From positions 128,001 through 192,000 of the forward strand of contig JBITAJ010000004.1 of assembly GCA_044440125.1 (NCBI GenBank): DNA of 64,000 bases, in the 5' to 3' direction. Shown here one piece after another: positions 18,611-28,814 of the stretch. The notes beneath the pieces were generated by a model, which searched no databases, was not told the origin of the DNA, and saw only the letters and a list, made by a program, of their open reading frames with translations. The DNA comes from Sedimentisphaeraceae bacterium JB056. Its GTDB lineage: Bacteria > Planctomycetota > Phycisphaerae > Sedimentisphaerales > Sedimentisphaeraceae. The translations under genes were made by a program, and so were the position numbers. Each line of letters starts with the position of its first letter. Position 1 is the stretch's first letter.

Positions 18611-21600
18611 ATGTTTGATTTTTTCGGTAATCACACAAGAAAAATATTAGAGTTCTGCGACAATATAGACTCAAAGATATATAAAAAGATCGGTGATCTT
18701 AGTATCGAAGGTTATCTCAGTAAAGAGCCATTAGGATACAGCGAACGGACCACCGGTGATAAGAAATCCCTTGGCATCGGTGATAAGTGGGGTGACGTAT
18801 TTGACTGCGCATGGTTCCATTTCACCGGCACGGTTCCGGCTGAAGGCAAAGGCAAGCATGTTGTACTGCTTATAGATGTAAGCGGTGAGCTTTGCGTTGT
18901 TGATGAAAACGGAGTTCCGACAAGAGGCCTGACCAACGGCAGTTCTACTTATGATTATCAACACGGCATGCCCGGAAAAAAAGTTTTACAGCTGAGTAAC
19001 GGCATCAAAGAAGGCGACAGAATCGACTTTTGGGCTGACGGTGGATGCAACGATCTCTTTGGAGTGCTATGCAAAGACGGCAGAATTGTACAGGCAGAGA
19101 TCGCTATCTGCAATGACGGCATCCGCAGCCTTTACTATGATTACTGGACATTGTGCGAACTGAGCAAGGTACTTGATAAAGAAAGTGCCAGATACGCCAA
19201 GGTGATGCACGCATTGAACCTTGCGATGAAAGCGCTGCAAACCTACAGCGATCAGGAAGTAGAGAAAGCACGCGATATATTGGCCGTAGAACTCTCACGA
19301 AAGAATGCCGACCCATGTATGACTATCAGTGCAATAGGCCATGCTCATCTCGACCTTGCATGGCTGTGGCCAATACGCGAGACTATCCGCAAAGGAGCAA
19401 GGACATTCGCTACTGCCATTGAACTTATGGACAGGTATCCTGACTATAAATTCGGAGTAAGCCAGCCGCAGCTCTTCCAGTGGATGAAAGATTTATATCC
19501 TGAACTCTACGTAAAGATAAAGGAAAAAGTAGCGGAAGGCAGAATCGAAGTACAGGGCGGAATGTGGGTAGAGGCTGATGCAAACATAACCTCAGGCGAA
19601 TCATTCGTACGCCAGTTCCTTTATGGCAAACGATTCTTTGAGAAAGAATTCGGCATAGAGGTCAACTCCCTCTGGCTGCCGGATGTATTCGGCTATTCAG
19701 CAGCCCTGCCGCAAATACTTAAGACATGTGGTATCGATTATTTCATGACACAAAAGCTTTCATGGAATGACACAAACAAATTCCCTAACCATACATTCTA
19801 CTGGAAAGGCATGGACGGCACCGGCGTGCTTACACACATGCTTCCGGAAGAAACATATAACAGCCATGCAGGCCCTCGCTCTGCCTCAAAGTCAGAAAAG
19901 AACTATGCACAAAAAGCGATAAGCGATAGATGTCTTATGCTCTTTGGTATTGGCGATGGCGGCGGCGGACCAGGAGCCGAACACCTTGAAAGACTTGACA
20001 GACTCAAAAACCTTAATGGCGTTCCACCGATTGAGCAGGAATTCAGCACTGAATTCTTCAAGAGAATCGACAAAGAGGGTATAGACTATCCGCAGTGGAA
20101 AGGCGAGCTGTACCTTGAGAAACACAGAGGTACATACACCACTCAGGCCAAAAACAAAAAATACAACCGTATGATGGAATTTGCTCTTCGTAATCTCGAA
20201 TTCATCAGTTACCTGACAAACGGGAACGGCTTCGACTATCCTCAGGAAAAACTCGAAGAAATCTGGAAAGAAGTTCTGCTTTATCAGTTCCATGACATAC
20301 TTCCAGGCTCATCAATAAAGAGAGTCTACGATGAGTCCGTTGAAAGATATGAGGCAATGTTGAACGAAGTATCAGCATTGATTGATGATGCTCTTGACAG
20401 TGCTTGTAAAGATATTGATTCAGCAGAAAAGAAAAATCCCGCAGCAGTATTCAACACGCTGTCATGGAAACGCCAGCAATGGGTTAATACTGCCGGCAAA
20501 TGGGTCAAAGCAACAGTCGGACCAATGGGATACGCCGTTGTAGACACTGACGAGCAAGCGGAAATACCGACCGAACTCAAGGCAGAAAATCAGCTTCTCG
20601 AAAATGATAAATTGACTGTCAAATTCGATGCCGATGGATCTATCATTTCTGTTACGGATAAAGCATCCGGTGTAAACTACATACAAAAAGGTACAAAAGC
20701 CAACGCACTCAAAGTTTATATAGATAAAGGTGATGCTTGGGACTTCCCAAATGATTACCGAGAGATACCTGCTGAGAAATTTACTCTCGAAAGCACAACA
20801 AGTCGTATTGACGGCCCGCAAGCTATAATCGAACAGACTTACAGGTATAACAAATCAACTCTCTCACAGAAGATCATACTCACCGCGGGAAGCAGCCGTA
20901 TAGACTTCGTAACCGATGTCGACTGGAACGAAACATTCAGAATGCTCCGCTCTGAGTTCCCGGTCAATGTATTCTCTGATTACGCTACATGCGATATTCA
21001 GTACGGAAATATCAGCCGGCCGACTCATACAAACACCAGTTGGGACAGCGCCAAGCTTGAGATATGTGCACACAAGTTCGTTGATATCTCGCAGACCAAT
21101 TACGGCGTAGCGATGCTCAACGACAGCAAGTACGGTTTTAGAGTTGTAGACAATATACTCGACATAAATCTTCTCAGAAGCCCTGAATATCCGGGCGAAA
21201 GTGCAGACAAAGGCAAGCACAGCTTTGTGTATTCATTGTACCCGCATGAGGGCAATCATATTACCGCGAAGGTCGCACAAGAAGCCTACAATCTCAACTG
21301 TCCACTGCTTGTCAGGGAGCTGGAAGCTGCTTCAGGAACCATGCCGCAGGCAAACAGCTTCATGAGTGTTGATGATGATGCCGTTGTCATTGAAACTGTC
21401 AAGAAAGCTGAAGACAGTTGCGATATGATCGTACGTATGTATGAAAACTACGGAACAAACTGCTGCGTCAATCTTGAAACTTCGCTGCCGTTTGACAAAG
21501 CATATATAACAGACAGCATGGAAAAAGAATTGACTGAGCTTAAGGTATCTGACGGCAAGATAAACCTCGAGTTCCGTCCATGGGAAATCAAAACAGTTAA

Positions 21601-21619
21601 ACTGAACATCAAGAAATAA
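18611..21619 (+). CDS. Alpha-mannosidase, glycoside hydrolase family 38 (cytoplasmic Man2C1-like)
   Basis: GHAHLDLAWLWP, WLPDVFGYS, GIGDGGGGP, GELYLEKHRGTYT, QFHDILPGSSI; no signal peptide. Confidence 0.95.
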   Translation: MFDFFGNHTRKILEFCDNIDSKIYKKIGDLSIEGYLSKEPLGYSERTTGDKKSLGIGDKWGDVFDCAWFHFTGTVPAEGKGKHVVLLIDVSGELCVVDENGVPTRGLTNGSSTYDYQHGMPGKKVLQLSNGIKEGDRIDFWADGGCNDLFGVLCKDGRIVQAEIAICNDGIRSLYYDYWTLCELSKVLDKESARYAKVMHALNLAMKALQTYSDQEVEKARDILAVELSRKNADPCMTISAIGHAHLDLAWLWPIRETIRKGARTFATAIELMDRYPDYKFGVSQPQLFQWMKDLYPELYVKIKEKVAEGRIEVQGGMWVEADANITSGESFVRQFLYGKRFFEKEFGIEVNSLWLPDVFGYSAALPQILKTCGIDYFMTQKLSWNDTNKFPNHTFYWKGMDGTGVLTHMLPEETYNSHAGPRSASKSEKNYAQKAISDRCLMLFGIGDGGGGPGAEHLERLDRLKNLNGVPPIEQEFSTEFFKRIDKEGIDYPQWKGELYLEKHRGTYTTQAKNKKYNRMMEFALRNLEFISYLTNGNGFDYPQEKLEEIWKEVLLYQFHDILPGSSIKRVYDESVERYEAMLNEVSALIDDALDSACKDIDSAEKKNPAAVFNTLSWKRQQWVNTAGKWVKATVGPMGYAVVDTDEQAEIPTELKAENQLLENDKLTVKFDADGSIISVTDKASGVNYIQKGTKANALKVYIDKGDAWDFPNDYREIPAEKFTLESTTSRIDGPQAIIEQTYRYNKSTLSQKIILTAGSSRIDFVTDVDWNETFRMLRSEFPVNVFSDYATCDIQYGNISRPTHTNTSWDSAKLEICAHKFVDISQTNYGVAMLNDSKYGFRVVDNILDINLLRSPEYPGESADKGKHSFVYSLYPHEGNHITAKVAQEAYNLNCPLLVRELEAASGTMPQANSFMSVDDDAVVIETVKKAEDSCDMIVRMYENYGTNCCVNLETSLPFDKAYITDSMEKELTELKVSDGKINLEFRPWEIKTVKLNIKK

Positions 21620-21641
21620 GCTGTTTAATAACAGACATAAT

Positions 21642-21680
21642 AAAAGCCCCGATGAACGAATCATTCATTGGGGCTTTTTA
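21642..21680. terminator. Bidirectional intrinsic terminator
   Basis: AAAAGCCCCGATGAA / TTCATTGGGGCTTTT stem between convergent GH38 and ndk. Confidence 0.8.
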
Positions 21681-21701
21681 TTTGCTTATCGATTGTTTCT
21701 A

Positions 21702-22160
21702 TCAGGCGTCTTCAGCGAGCCATGGATTGATCGCCATATCATAATCAACGATTTCATCCTCATTGAAATAAAGCGGAATCTCAACACTTGCCGACTCAAC
21801 TGAGTCTGAACCGTGCACAAGATTATAGCTCTTTGTCAGGCCATAGTCACCTCTGATAGTACCGCCGCCGGCCTGTGCCGCATCAGTAGCACCAATCATA
21901 TTTCTGCTAAGCTCGATAATATTGATACCTTCCCAAACCATCACCATTACAGGCGAAGAAGATATGTAAGTACAAACCGCATCAAAGAAAGGCTTGTCCT
22001 TATGCACTCCGTAATGCTTTTCTGCCAACTCACGGCTAACCTTCATGAACTTAGCTGCCACGAGTTTGAAACCACGATTCTCAAAACGTTTGATAATCTC
22101 TCCGGTAAGTCCGCGTTGTACGGCATCCGGCTTAGCAATAATAAGTGTTTTCTCTGTCAT
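21702..22160 (-). CDS. ndk: Nucleoside diphosphate kinase
   Basis: KPDAVQRGL, GTIRGDY, NLVHGSDS (phospho-His). Confidence 0.97.
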   Translation of the reverse strand: MTEKTLIIAKPDAVQRGLTGEIIKRFENRGFKLVAAKFMKVSRELAEKHYGVHKDKPFFDAVCTYISSSPVMVMVWEGINIIELSRNMIGATDAAQAGGGTIRGDYGLTKSYNLVHGSDSVESASVEIPLYFNEDEIVDYDMAINPWLAEDA

Positions 22161-22303
22161 AAATACTCCGTATAAAATTTGTAGTGTGTAGTAAAATTAA
22201 TCTAATTACAGGCAATCGACATAACTCTAAAAATACGCATTAACGATTACCACATCCACGCATCTAAACCACACTATAAGATCAGTCTAAATTAAACAAG
22301 TCC

Positions 22304-22335
22304 AAAAAAAAGCGGGCTCTGCAATAGAACCCGCT
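22304..22335 (-). terminator. Intrinsic terminator of the OmpA/MotB gene
   Basis: AGCGGG..CCCGCT stem with an A8 tract on the plus strand (U tract on minus). Confidence 0.7.
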
Positions 22336-22353
22336 GTAGTATCAAATAAGAAA

Positions 22354-23136
22354 CTAAACTCCCTGAGGCACAATGTATATTTCAACCCGACGGTTGAGAA
22401 CATTACCCTTCTTGTTAGGTGCATTAGGAGCAACAGGTCTATACTCGCCAAAACCGCGAACACTCAACCTTGTAGCAGTAACATTATCCTTCAGCAACTC
22501 CTCAAGCACTGATATCGCCCTGTGAGCGGAAAGATGCCAGTTAGTAGGATGCTTGGCTTTCGTAGAAGGCCTCGCGATTCTCATATCATCTGTATGACCG
22601 GCAATGATAGCATCAAATTCCTTAGCCATATCTGAGTTGAGTATCTTGCTGAACTGATCGATAGCCTTGATAGCATCGGCACTGAGAACATCACTTCCAG
22701 GCTCAAATGTCAGGTCGCTCTTAAACTTAACAACACCCTTCTCTTTGTCAAAATCGACAAGATCATTGGATGCCGCAAGCTCTTCAAGCATTACGTTAAG
22801 CTCTGAAGGAAGAACAACGCCGCCCTTGAGAAGCTGTTCCTGAAGAGTAGCGATAAGCTGATTCTTCTCGGCAATAGCAGCTTCAAGAAGCTCGACTTCT
22901 TTTGCGTAAGCGCTGACATTCACATTTTTTGACTTCATAAGGTCATCAAGCTGTTTTTGAAGTTTCTGAACTTCAATCCTCGCGGCACTGTACTTGCTCT
23001 CAAGCTCAGACAAACGCTCACTTTGAGTTTGATTCTGAACTTTCAGCTTGTCATAGTCGCCCTGAGAAACGCAACCTGTAGAAACAATCATAACTGCTGC
23101 AAGCAGCATAACGCTTAAAATTCTGAACAATTTCAT
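22354..23136 (-). CDS. OmpA/MotB-domain lipoprotein with an N-terminal coiled coil
   Basis: Lipobox STGC; coiled coil; AGHTDD, NWHLSAHRA, GFGEYRP, NRRVEI peptidoglycan-binding motifs. Confidence 0.9.
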   Translation of the reverse strand: MKLFRILSVMLLAAVMIVSTGCVSQGDYDKLKVQNQTQSERLSELESKYSAARIEVQKLQKQLDDLMKSKNVNVSAYAKEVELLEAAIAEKNQLIATLQEQLLKGGVVLPSELNVMLEELAASNDLVDFDKEKGVVKFKSDLTFEPGSDVLSADAIKAIDQFSKILNSDMAKEFDAIIAGHTDDMRIARPSTKAKHPTNWHLSAHRAISVLEELLKDNVTATRLSVRGFGEYRPVAPNAPNKKGNVLNRRVEIYIVPQGV

Positions 23137-23212
23137 TTCTTTATCCTTTCAATATCTCCTACAATCAAGGGCATTGAACTAACAATACCCACGACAAACA
23201 GCCTTTAGCTGA

Positions 23213-24292
23213 TTATTTTTTCTTCTTTTTCTTAGGAGCTTTAACTTTCTTGGCCTTAGGGGCCTTAGGAGCTTTAGGGGCCTTATCACCACTGCCTCCG
23301 CCAATAGCTGCTCCGATAACTCCGATAAGAACAGCAACAACCGCAAGTCCGCCAAAGACATAAAGAATATAATCTTCAATAGGATTCACGATAGAAGGAG
23401 TAATATAATTAAAGCCGGCAACAAGAACTATCGCGGCAAAAACTATTGCTAAAAATGGTAAAAGCATCATAACGCCAAAAGCACCGCTTGTGGAATCTAC
23501 TTCCGCGGGCTGAGCAAATGCCGGCTGTGGAGCCGCTGCCGCCGGGGTTGAAGGCATGGAAAACGCAACCGGTTCAGGCTCAGACGCTTCAGGCTCTTCT
23601 TCCTTAGGCGTTGATTCATATCCGCTGTCAGCAAGATAATCATCAGAATCCTGACCCTTATCAGCAAAATCTTCTCCAGAAGAAGGAACGCTGTCAGAAA
23701 GGTCGTCAAAACCACCATCACCGTCGCCGCCTAGCAGAATATCATCGAGAACCGCACCAAACTGGGAGTCGTCCGCCTGCAATGAAAGGTCCAGCAAACC
23801 TGAGCCGCTGCCTTCATCACCAGGACTTCCAATATCCGCATCGGCGTCTATCTTAGCTTCAGACTCTTCAGGACCACCTGTACTCATACTGTCAGCAAGA
23901 GAAAGAATGCTGTCTTCACCTTCATCGCCTTCTTCTGCGTCATCAGTAAGACCGGTAAGACCGCTGCGAGTGTCGGCTTCTGTGAGTTCCACCATGCTTG
24001 ACATATCAGCATCAATTTCAAACTCATCTTCATCCTCACCGGCATCATCCAGTGGAGCAAGGCCCAGAAGTGAACTCTCATCACTTAGACCAATAACGGA
24101 ATCTTCAATATTCAACACCGTATCATCAGACTGTGAAGTTGCTGCGGTGTCAACGTCTTTAGCATCATAAAGTATGTTTGTACCTTCACGTAACTCACTT
24201 ATATTGTTGAGTTTTGCAAATTCCTTGAATTCTTCAGGCGTTTTGCCTAATTTCGCTGCCGCCTGTTCAAGAGTGTAGGTTTTTTCAGCCAT
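23213..24292 (-). CDS. Excisionase-like HTH protein with a long acidic linker, two TM helices and a Lys-rich tail
   Basis: YTLEQAAAKLG HTH start; D/E/S-rich middle; two hydrophobic segments; KAPKAPKAPKAKKVKAPKKKKKK end. Confidence 0.75.
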   Translation of the reverse strand: MAEKTYTLEQAAAKLGKTPEEFKEFAKLNNISELREGTNILYDAKDVDTAATSQSDDTVLNIEDSVIGLSDESSLLGLAPLDDAGEDEDEFEIDADMSSMVELTEADTRSGLTGLTDDAEEGDEGEDSILSLADSMSTGGPEESEAKIDADADIGSPGDEGSGSGLLDLSLQADDSQFGAVLDDILLGGDGDGGFDDLSDSVPSSGEDFADKGQDSDDYLADSGYESTPKEEEPEASEPEPVAFSMPSTPAAAAPQPAFAQPAEVDSTSGAFGVMMLLPFLAIVFAAIVLVAGFNYITPSIVNPIEDYILYVFGGLAVVAVLIGVIGAAIGGGSGDKAPKAPKAPKAKKVKAPKKKKKK

Positions 24293-24506
24293 TAGCTAAT
24301 CCCGTAAACTTATAATATGATATATCATTTCGATTCACGACATTCCAGACCTTTAATAAAAGTATAGTTGGAATGCGCAACTGTACGTAGATTATAGCCC
24401 CGTAAACACAACTTTCAAGGAATTTTGGCGAAGATTTTATTATTTATACACTTATAATAGCCGTTAAAGTAATTATTTACGCTATAAAGTTTAAATCATG
24501 CCGTTG

Positions 24507-25346
24507 TCAATACCTATCATCATCGGTTGACTGAAAATAGCAGTCGTCATTAAGCTCATATATATTTGTATCTTTCGAGGGTTTGGGCATTGAATAGAGC
24601 TTTGCTTTCTTTGATTCGCTTAGCGATAACGGTATAATCCTTGACGTGTCAAACTCAAGTTCGAGGCTGTCTCTTAGAGAAAATATTCTGGTTTTACCAG
24701 GAAGCATCATTGAGCCGTTAAGCGGCATAAAGTCAGAAAAATCAGCAGAAACAACTAAACCTCCACGCTCATAATATGCAATACGGCTAAGCTGTCCGCT
24801 GCAGTTATTGAAACTGTAACTCCTTAGAATATAGCCGTTTTCATCAATAATATCAAAACCGTGCTCATACTCGCCGAAGAACATCTGCGAATCAGCAAGT
24901 CCATCGGTATCTATTATCCCAAAAGTCTCTGATGCGGGAAACGTCTTGAGTCCTCTGGCTCCGCAGCTTTCAAGCAGCTCTTTCCTGCCTCTGTAAAGAT
25001 CATTTATATCGGAGAAATTGAGCCAGTACCAAAACTGATCGTCATTTGTACCTAATAGCAACGCGGTACCAAAGGTATGACTCACGCGTATCACAATATT
25101 TTCCTTGTCCGAAAAATAAGCGGTAACGTTATTGAGCGATTCCTTTCTCCCCTCGGCCAGCATGTTGACTTCGGCACTGCCCTTAGCCGCAAACTCAACC
25201 AAATCAGCCTGCCTCAAACGAATTTGTTCGATCATGGTATCCTTGGATATCACAGGAGCAGGACAAGCCGGCACCTCAGTCTCGATGGTATGCCTGCCGC
25301 ATCCGGCACATAACGCTAAAGCTATGATCAATAATACTTTATACAT
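24507..25346 (-). CDS. Hypothetical lipoprotein (possible LolA/LolB-like fold)
   Basis: Lipobox CAGC; GTNDDQFWYW motif; fold assignment is inference. Confidence 0.65.
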   Translation of the reverse strand: MYKVLLIIALALCAGCGRHTIETEVPACPAPVISKDTMIEQIRLRQADLVEFAAKGSAEVNMLAEGRKESLNNVTAYFSDKENIVIRVSHTFGTALLLGTNDDQFWYWLNFSDINDLYRGRKELLESCGARGLKTFPASETFGIIDTDGLADSQMFFGEYEHGFDIIDENGYILRSYSFNNCSGQLSRIAYYERGGLVVSADFSDFMPLNGSMMLPGKTRIFSLRDSLELEFDTSRIIPLSLSESKKAKLYSMPKPSKDTNIYELNDDCYFQSTDDDRY

Positions 25347-25377
25347 TTATCTCCTACTTCCTCATCAAGAAATAGAA

Positions 25378-25875
25378 TCAATCGTCATCAAGATCCATTA
25401 TCTGTCCGATATTTTCGGTCAACGAATCGATTTCGTCTTCGGTAAGGTGCGGATCAATAACCTCAACAGTTTTCTTCTGGCCGGTTACCTTAAGCGTCCA
25501 GATATCTTTCTCTTCTTCAATTCTGCTGCTTTCGTATCGCAGAAGACGCTTCCTCATAAGAATAAGCGTCAGTACAAAACGGAAGTTGATTTTGCCCGGC
25601 TCCGGCTGATTTTCAAGCCTTTCAAAGAAAGTCATCAGCATTTCATCATCAACGAATACCTTCTTTTTCTTGTTTGGATCGGTAAGCTTCGTCTTCCAGA
25701 AGTAAAAGACATCAGGGTCATTATCCTGCCAGTAGGAAAGACAATAATCCTTGCGTTCAAAGCCCTCATCAGTCTCAACAAGGGCAGCAAAATACTCCTC
25801 GCCCTCGTCTATAATTCGACCGCTGCCGCTGCATTGTCCTGTTGGTTTCGTTATTTCCCAGTCTGCCATAACCAC
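25378..25875 (-). CDS. Hypothetical protein
   Basis: 165-aa ORF in operon-like spacing; RKDYC..YW...FWK and LILMRKRLL motifs look protein-like. Confidence 0.7.
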   Translation of the reverse strand: MVMADWEITKPTGQCSGSGRIIDEGEEYFAALVETDEGFERKDYCLSYWQDNDPDVFYFWKTKLTDPNKKKKVFVDDEMLMTFFERLENQPEPGKINFRFVLTLILMRKRLLRYESSRIEEEKDIWTLKVTGQKKTVEVIDPHLTEDEIDSLTENIGQIMDLDDD

Positions 25876-25922
25876 CTGTACTTAAATCAAATCATTGACG
25901 AATTGAAACGTCAATCATATTC

Positions 25923-26258
25923 TTACTCAAAACTAATATAAGGTTCTATGCTCTCAGCGCTTTTAGTGCCGATACCTTCGACCTTGCAAAGGTCATCAAC
26001 ACACTTGAAAGCATCTTCATCGCCAAAACTTTCACGATATTCAACGATTTTCACTGCCGTCTCATAACCTATTGACGGCAAACGAACAAGGCTTTCAATA
26101 GGGTCACTGTTGATATAAACAACACTCTTAACATTCATATAGCTCTCACCGTCAGCCTGCACCAATAAATACACCGAGCACGCCGCAGCAATAATGACCA
26201 CGAAAACAAAAGCCCTGATTTTAATCAATCTGTCAGGAATATGCGGCAAAAAAGCCAT
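25923..26258 (-). CDS. ComEA-like helix-hairpin-helix DNA-binding membrane protein
   Basis: N-terminal TM; LPSIG..TA.KIVEYRE..G..F..VDDL.KVEGIG HhH pair. Confidence 0.85.
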   Translation of the reverse strand: MAFLPHIPDRLIKIRAFVFVVIIAAACSVYLLVQADGESYMNVKSVVYINSDPIESLVRLPSIGYETAVKIVEYRESFGDEDAFKCVDDLCKVEGIGTKSAESIEPYISFE

Positions 26259-26291
26259 AGCACACCTTAAGAACCGACTATTTATCTAATT

Positions 26292-27749
26292 TTATTTATG
26301 TAATATGAATTTACTGAACTTACGAATAGTCTTGGCCGCCGCTTTGGGCTCAAGAGAGCTGTTGTAAAGCCCGTCACAAGACTCACTGCCCTCAACATCG
26401 GCAAGCGTAGAATAAGTTACAGTCCCTATCTGATTTTTACCGAGGAATATGCGGTACAATGCCTCAAGCCATGCCGCCTGAGAGCTTTCCGACCATGGAT
26501 TTCGCCAGTAGCCGCCGCTGTCGCCATTGCCTGCTGCAGGTGAAGAAACACCCGAAATATGTACCGGTCGGCTTGTTACGCATATCCTGTCGAGCATTGC
26601 GGAAATCTGCATAAGGTCGCGAACGAACATGTCGCCTCCGCCTTTGCCAAAGCTCATATTAATACCCATACAGTCAAAGATAATCGCATTGCTGACAAGC
26701 AGATCCGCATACATAACCGCAGAGATAGTGAACGGCTTGTCAATATGATAACATGACCACGGACAATCAATCTCCACCATTTTAAGCGATTTGGTATCGG
26801 TAGCCTTTGCCGAGACGCAAGCGGTTCTGGTCATTTCAATACACTGATCGAAACCGAAATTCATGCAGTTATCACTGTTCATCGAGCTTATAAGATTCCA
26901 CTGATGAATTTTTCCTGCATATTTATTGACGGTTTCAGATATAAAGCCGTACACATACTCCTGAACCCGCTCAAAATCATATTTAAAAACCCACTCAGGA
27001 AGACAATCTTCATTGAAACGTATAAGCGGGCCAACGCTTAAAAACACCTTTTTGCCTTTAAACTTGAGCAAGGCCTTATCAATCGATGAATAATCATACT
27101 CACCCTGCCTGGGCTCTATATCCTTCCATGTTACAGGCACAGTAATATATGCAAAATTATCAAGCATATGTTTTACATATTGATCGTTGTCGGCATACTC
27201 GCGCTGATAAACACATCCAAGAGTATAACGGTTAAGTTCACCGTCTTTCTTTTTTGATGTAAGTACTGCACCAGTCTGCTTTTGAGCCAAAGACTCAGAC
27301 GCAACAACGGCCATATGCAGGCATTTGTCTGCCAAAACAGATGCCCTTGCAGGATCATCTTCACAAGTCATCGCCTCAACGTAAAGGCTTCTTGCCTTGG
27401 CAATGGCTTTTTGAGTATTGCTCTTATCCTCATCGAAAACAGCCCAATCCTCACACTTTCTGGTAATCTCCATAAGCCTTGCACGGGCAAGCTCGAGATT
27501 AAGCAGATAAGGCTGCTGACGGATATTGAGTTTTGTGGTCGGAAGCATCAGACTGCCAACGCCTTCGATATCCCAAGGCAATGCCAAACCGGCAGAAATA
27601 GTACCCGGATCACCTACATATATAATGCCGTCATCGAACGTTATGTTTTTGCTGGAACTGAGCGGAATTCGTTCAGGATCAAACAGGTATGCACCGGTCA
27701 GATCAAGAGACTCTGCACGCTTGCCATTTTTATATACAAGAAATTTCAA
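26292..27749 (-). CDS. GH10-like TIM-barrel protein with N-terminal extension, probably non-catalytic
   Basis: WKDIEPRQGEYDY, LPEWV, V.KY.GKIHQWN resemble GH10; the usual catalytic Glu positions read WNLISS and HISGV. Confidence 0.65.
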   Translation of the reverse strand: MKFLVYKNGKRAESLDLTGAYLFDPERIPLSSSKNITFDDGIIYVGDPGTISAGLALPWDIEGVGSLMLPTTKLNIRQQPYLLNLELARARLMEITRKCEDWAVFDEDKSNTQKAIAKARSLYVEAMTCEDDPARASVLADKCLHMAVVASESLAQKQTGAVLTSKKKDGELNRYTLGCVYQREYADNDQYVKHMLDNFAYITVPVTWKDIEPRQGEYDYSSIDKALLKFKGKKVFLSVGPLIRFNEDCLPEWVFKYDFERVQEYVYGFISETVNKYAGKIHQWNLISSMNSDNCMNFGFDQCIEMTRTACVSAKATDTKSLKMVEIDCPWSCYHIDKPFTISAVMYADLLVSNAIIFDCMGINMSFGKGGGDMFVRDLMQISAMLDRICVTSRPVHISGVSSPAAGNGDSGGYWRNPWSESSQAAWLEALYRIFLGKNQIGTVTYSTLADVEGSESCDGLYNSSLEPKAAAKTIRKFSKFILHK

Positions 27750-27939
27750 TATCTAATCCGTTATATGTATAATTTATCGATATAATTACATAAATTTGCG
27801 GGAAAAACGCAAAACTAAAACCATCGCCATTATAATGAAATTCCACATAAAACGCAAATAAACCTCATGAATTTTACCTCTCCATTTTGGATTACGGCAG
27901 AAAGCTAAGCGAAAACAACCTTTCTTACATCATCCCAAC

Positions 27940-27978
27940 AAAAAACAGCCCGCAAACTCTCTTAAAGATTGCGGGCTG
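27940..27978 (-). terminator. Intrinsic terminator of the PEP-CTERM gene
   Basis: CAGCCCGCAA / TTGCGGGCTG 10-bp stem with an A tract on the plus strand. Confidence 0.75.
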
Positions 27979-28008
27979 AGATATTATTAAATCACAAAAT
28001 GATGCTTA

Positions 28009-28518
28009 TTATTTTCTGCGTCTGCGGATAAACATACCGCCAAGACCAAGAAGTGCCATTGTAGCAGGCTCGGGAGTAACAAACAAACCTTCCGACGAAC
28101 TGTCTAATACATCAAGTGTCTGCGCATTATTGAGTATAAAATTGGAATTAGAGTATCGAAGTGTATAGATATTCGAACCAAAGGCAACAACATCTGTAGC
28201 ATCACCGAAAGTTAAGGCGCCGGTATCAAAAACGAGCGTTAAACCGCTGTAATTAACTACACCGTTTACAACATTTTGGAAAGTACCCAGGAATTGATCT
28301 GAAGAATCATAAAAGTTTATGGTAAGATCATCAATTCCAGTACCAGAACCTGAAGAATATGAGATAGTACTGTAATTATCGTTATATGTCATTGAGCCGG
28401 ATGCTCGACAGCCATTATCACCTGTCCAGGAGAATTCAACTGTTTCCCATACTTCAGGGATTGCACCAAAAGACAATGTGGCGGCTAAAACCAAAACTAA
28501 AACTGAAAACATCTTCAT
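28009..28518 (-). CDS. PEP-CTERM sorting domain protein
   Basis: Signal peptide MKMFSVLVLVLAATLSFG; C-terminal TPEPATMALLGLGGMFIRRRRK; start moved to ATG 28518. Confidence 0.9.
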   Translation of the reverse strand: MKMFSVLVLVLAATLSFGAIPEVWETVEFSWTGDNGCRASGSMTYNDNYSTISYSSGSGTGIDDLTINFYDSSDQFLGTFQNVVNGVVNYSGLTLVFDTGALTFGDATDVVAFGSNIYTLRYSNSNFILNNAQTLDVLDSSSEGLFVTPEPATMALLGLGGMFIRRRRK

Positions 28519-28814
28519 AATTAAACCCTTTCTAAAAACAACACGAAATAACCAATCGTTACACACTTTTATTAAACAAGTGTTAACTGATTATTTATAC
28601 CCCAACTAAAACAAATTGTCAATTTTTAAGACAATTAAAAATGTCTAATTTAATTTTATTTCTATATGCCGCAACATATGTCCTAAATTAACAACACATA
28701 TCCTGTTTACCACAACAAACCTCAGCATATTAAAATTGTAATGCCTATCTTTATAATTATAATAAAGCAGAAATTATTGAGGTGTTATTACATATCCAAA
28801 GGAGTAGTAAAATA

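Noticed and set aside
22354..23136. Flagellar stator MotB
   Set aside because: It has a lipobox instead of the MotB TM helix with the conserved Asp; no motA or flagellar genes nearby.
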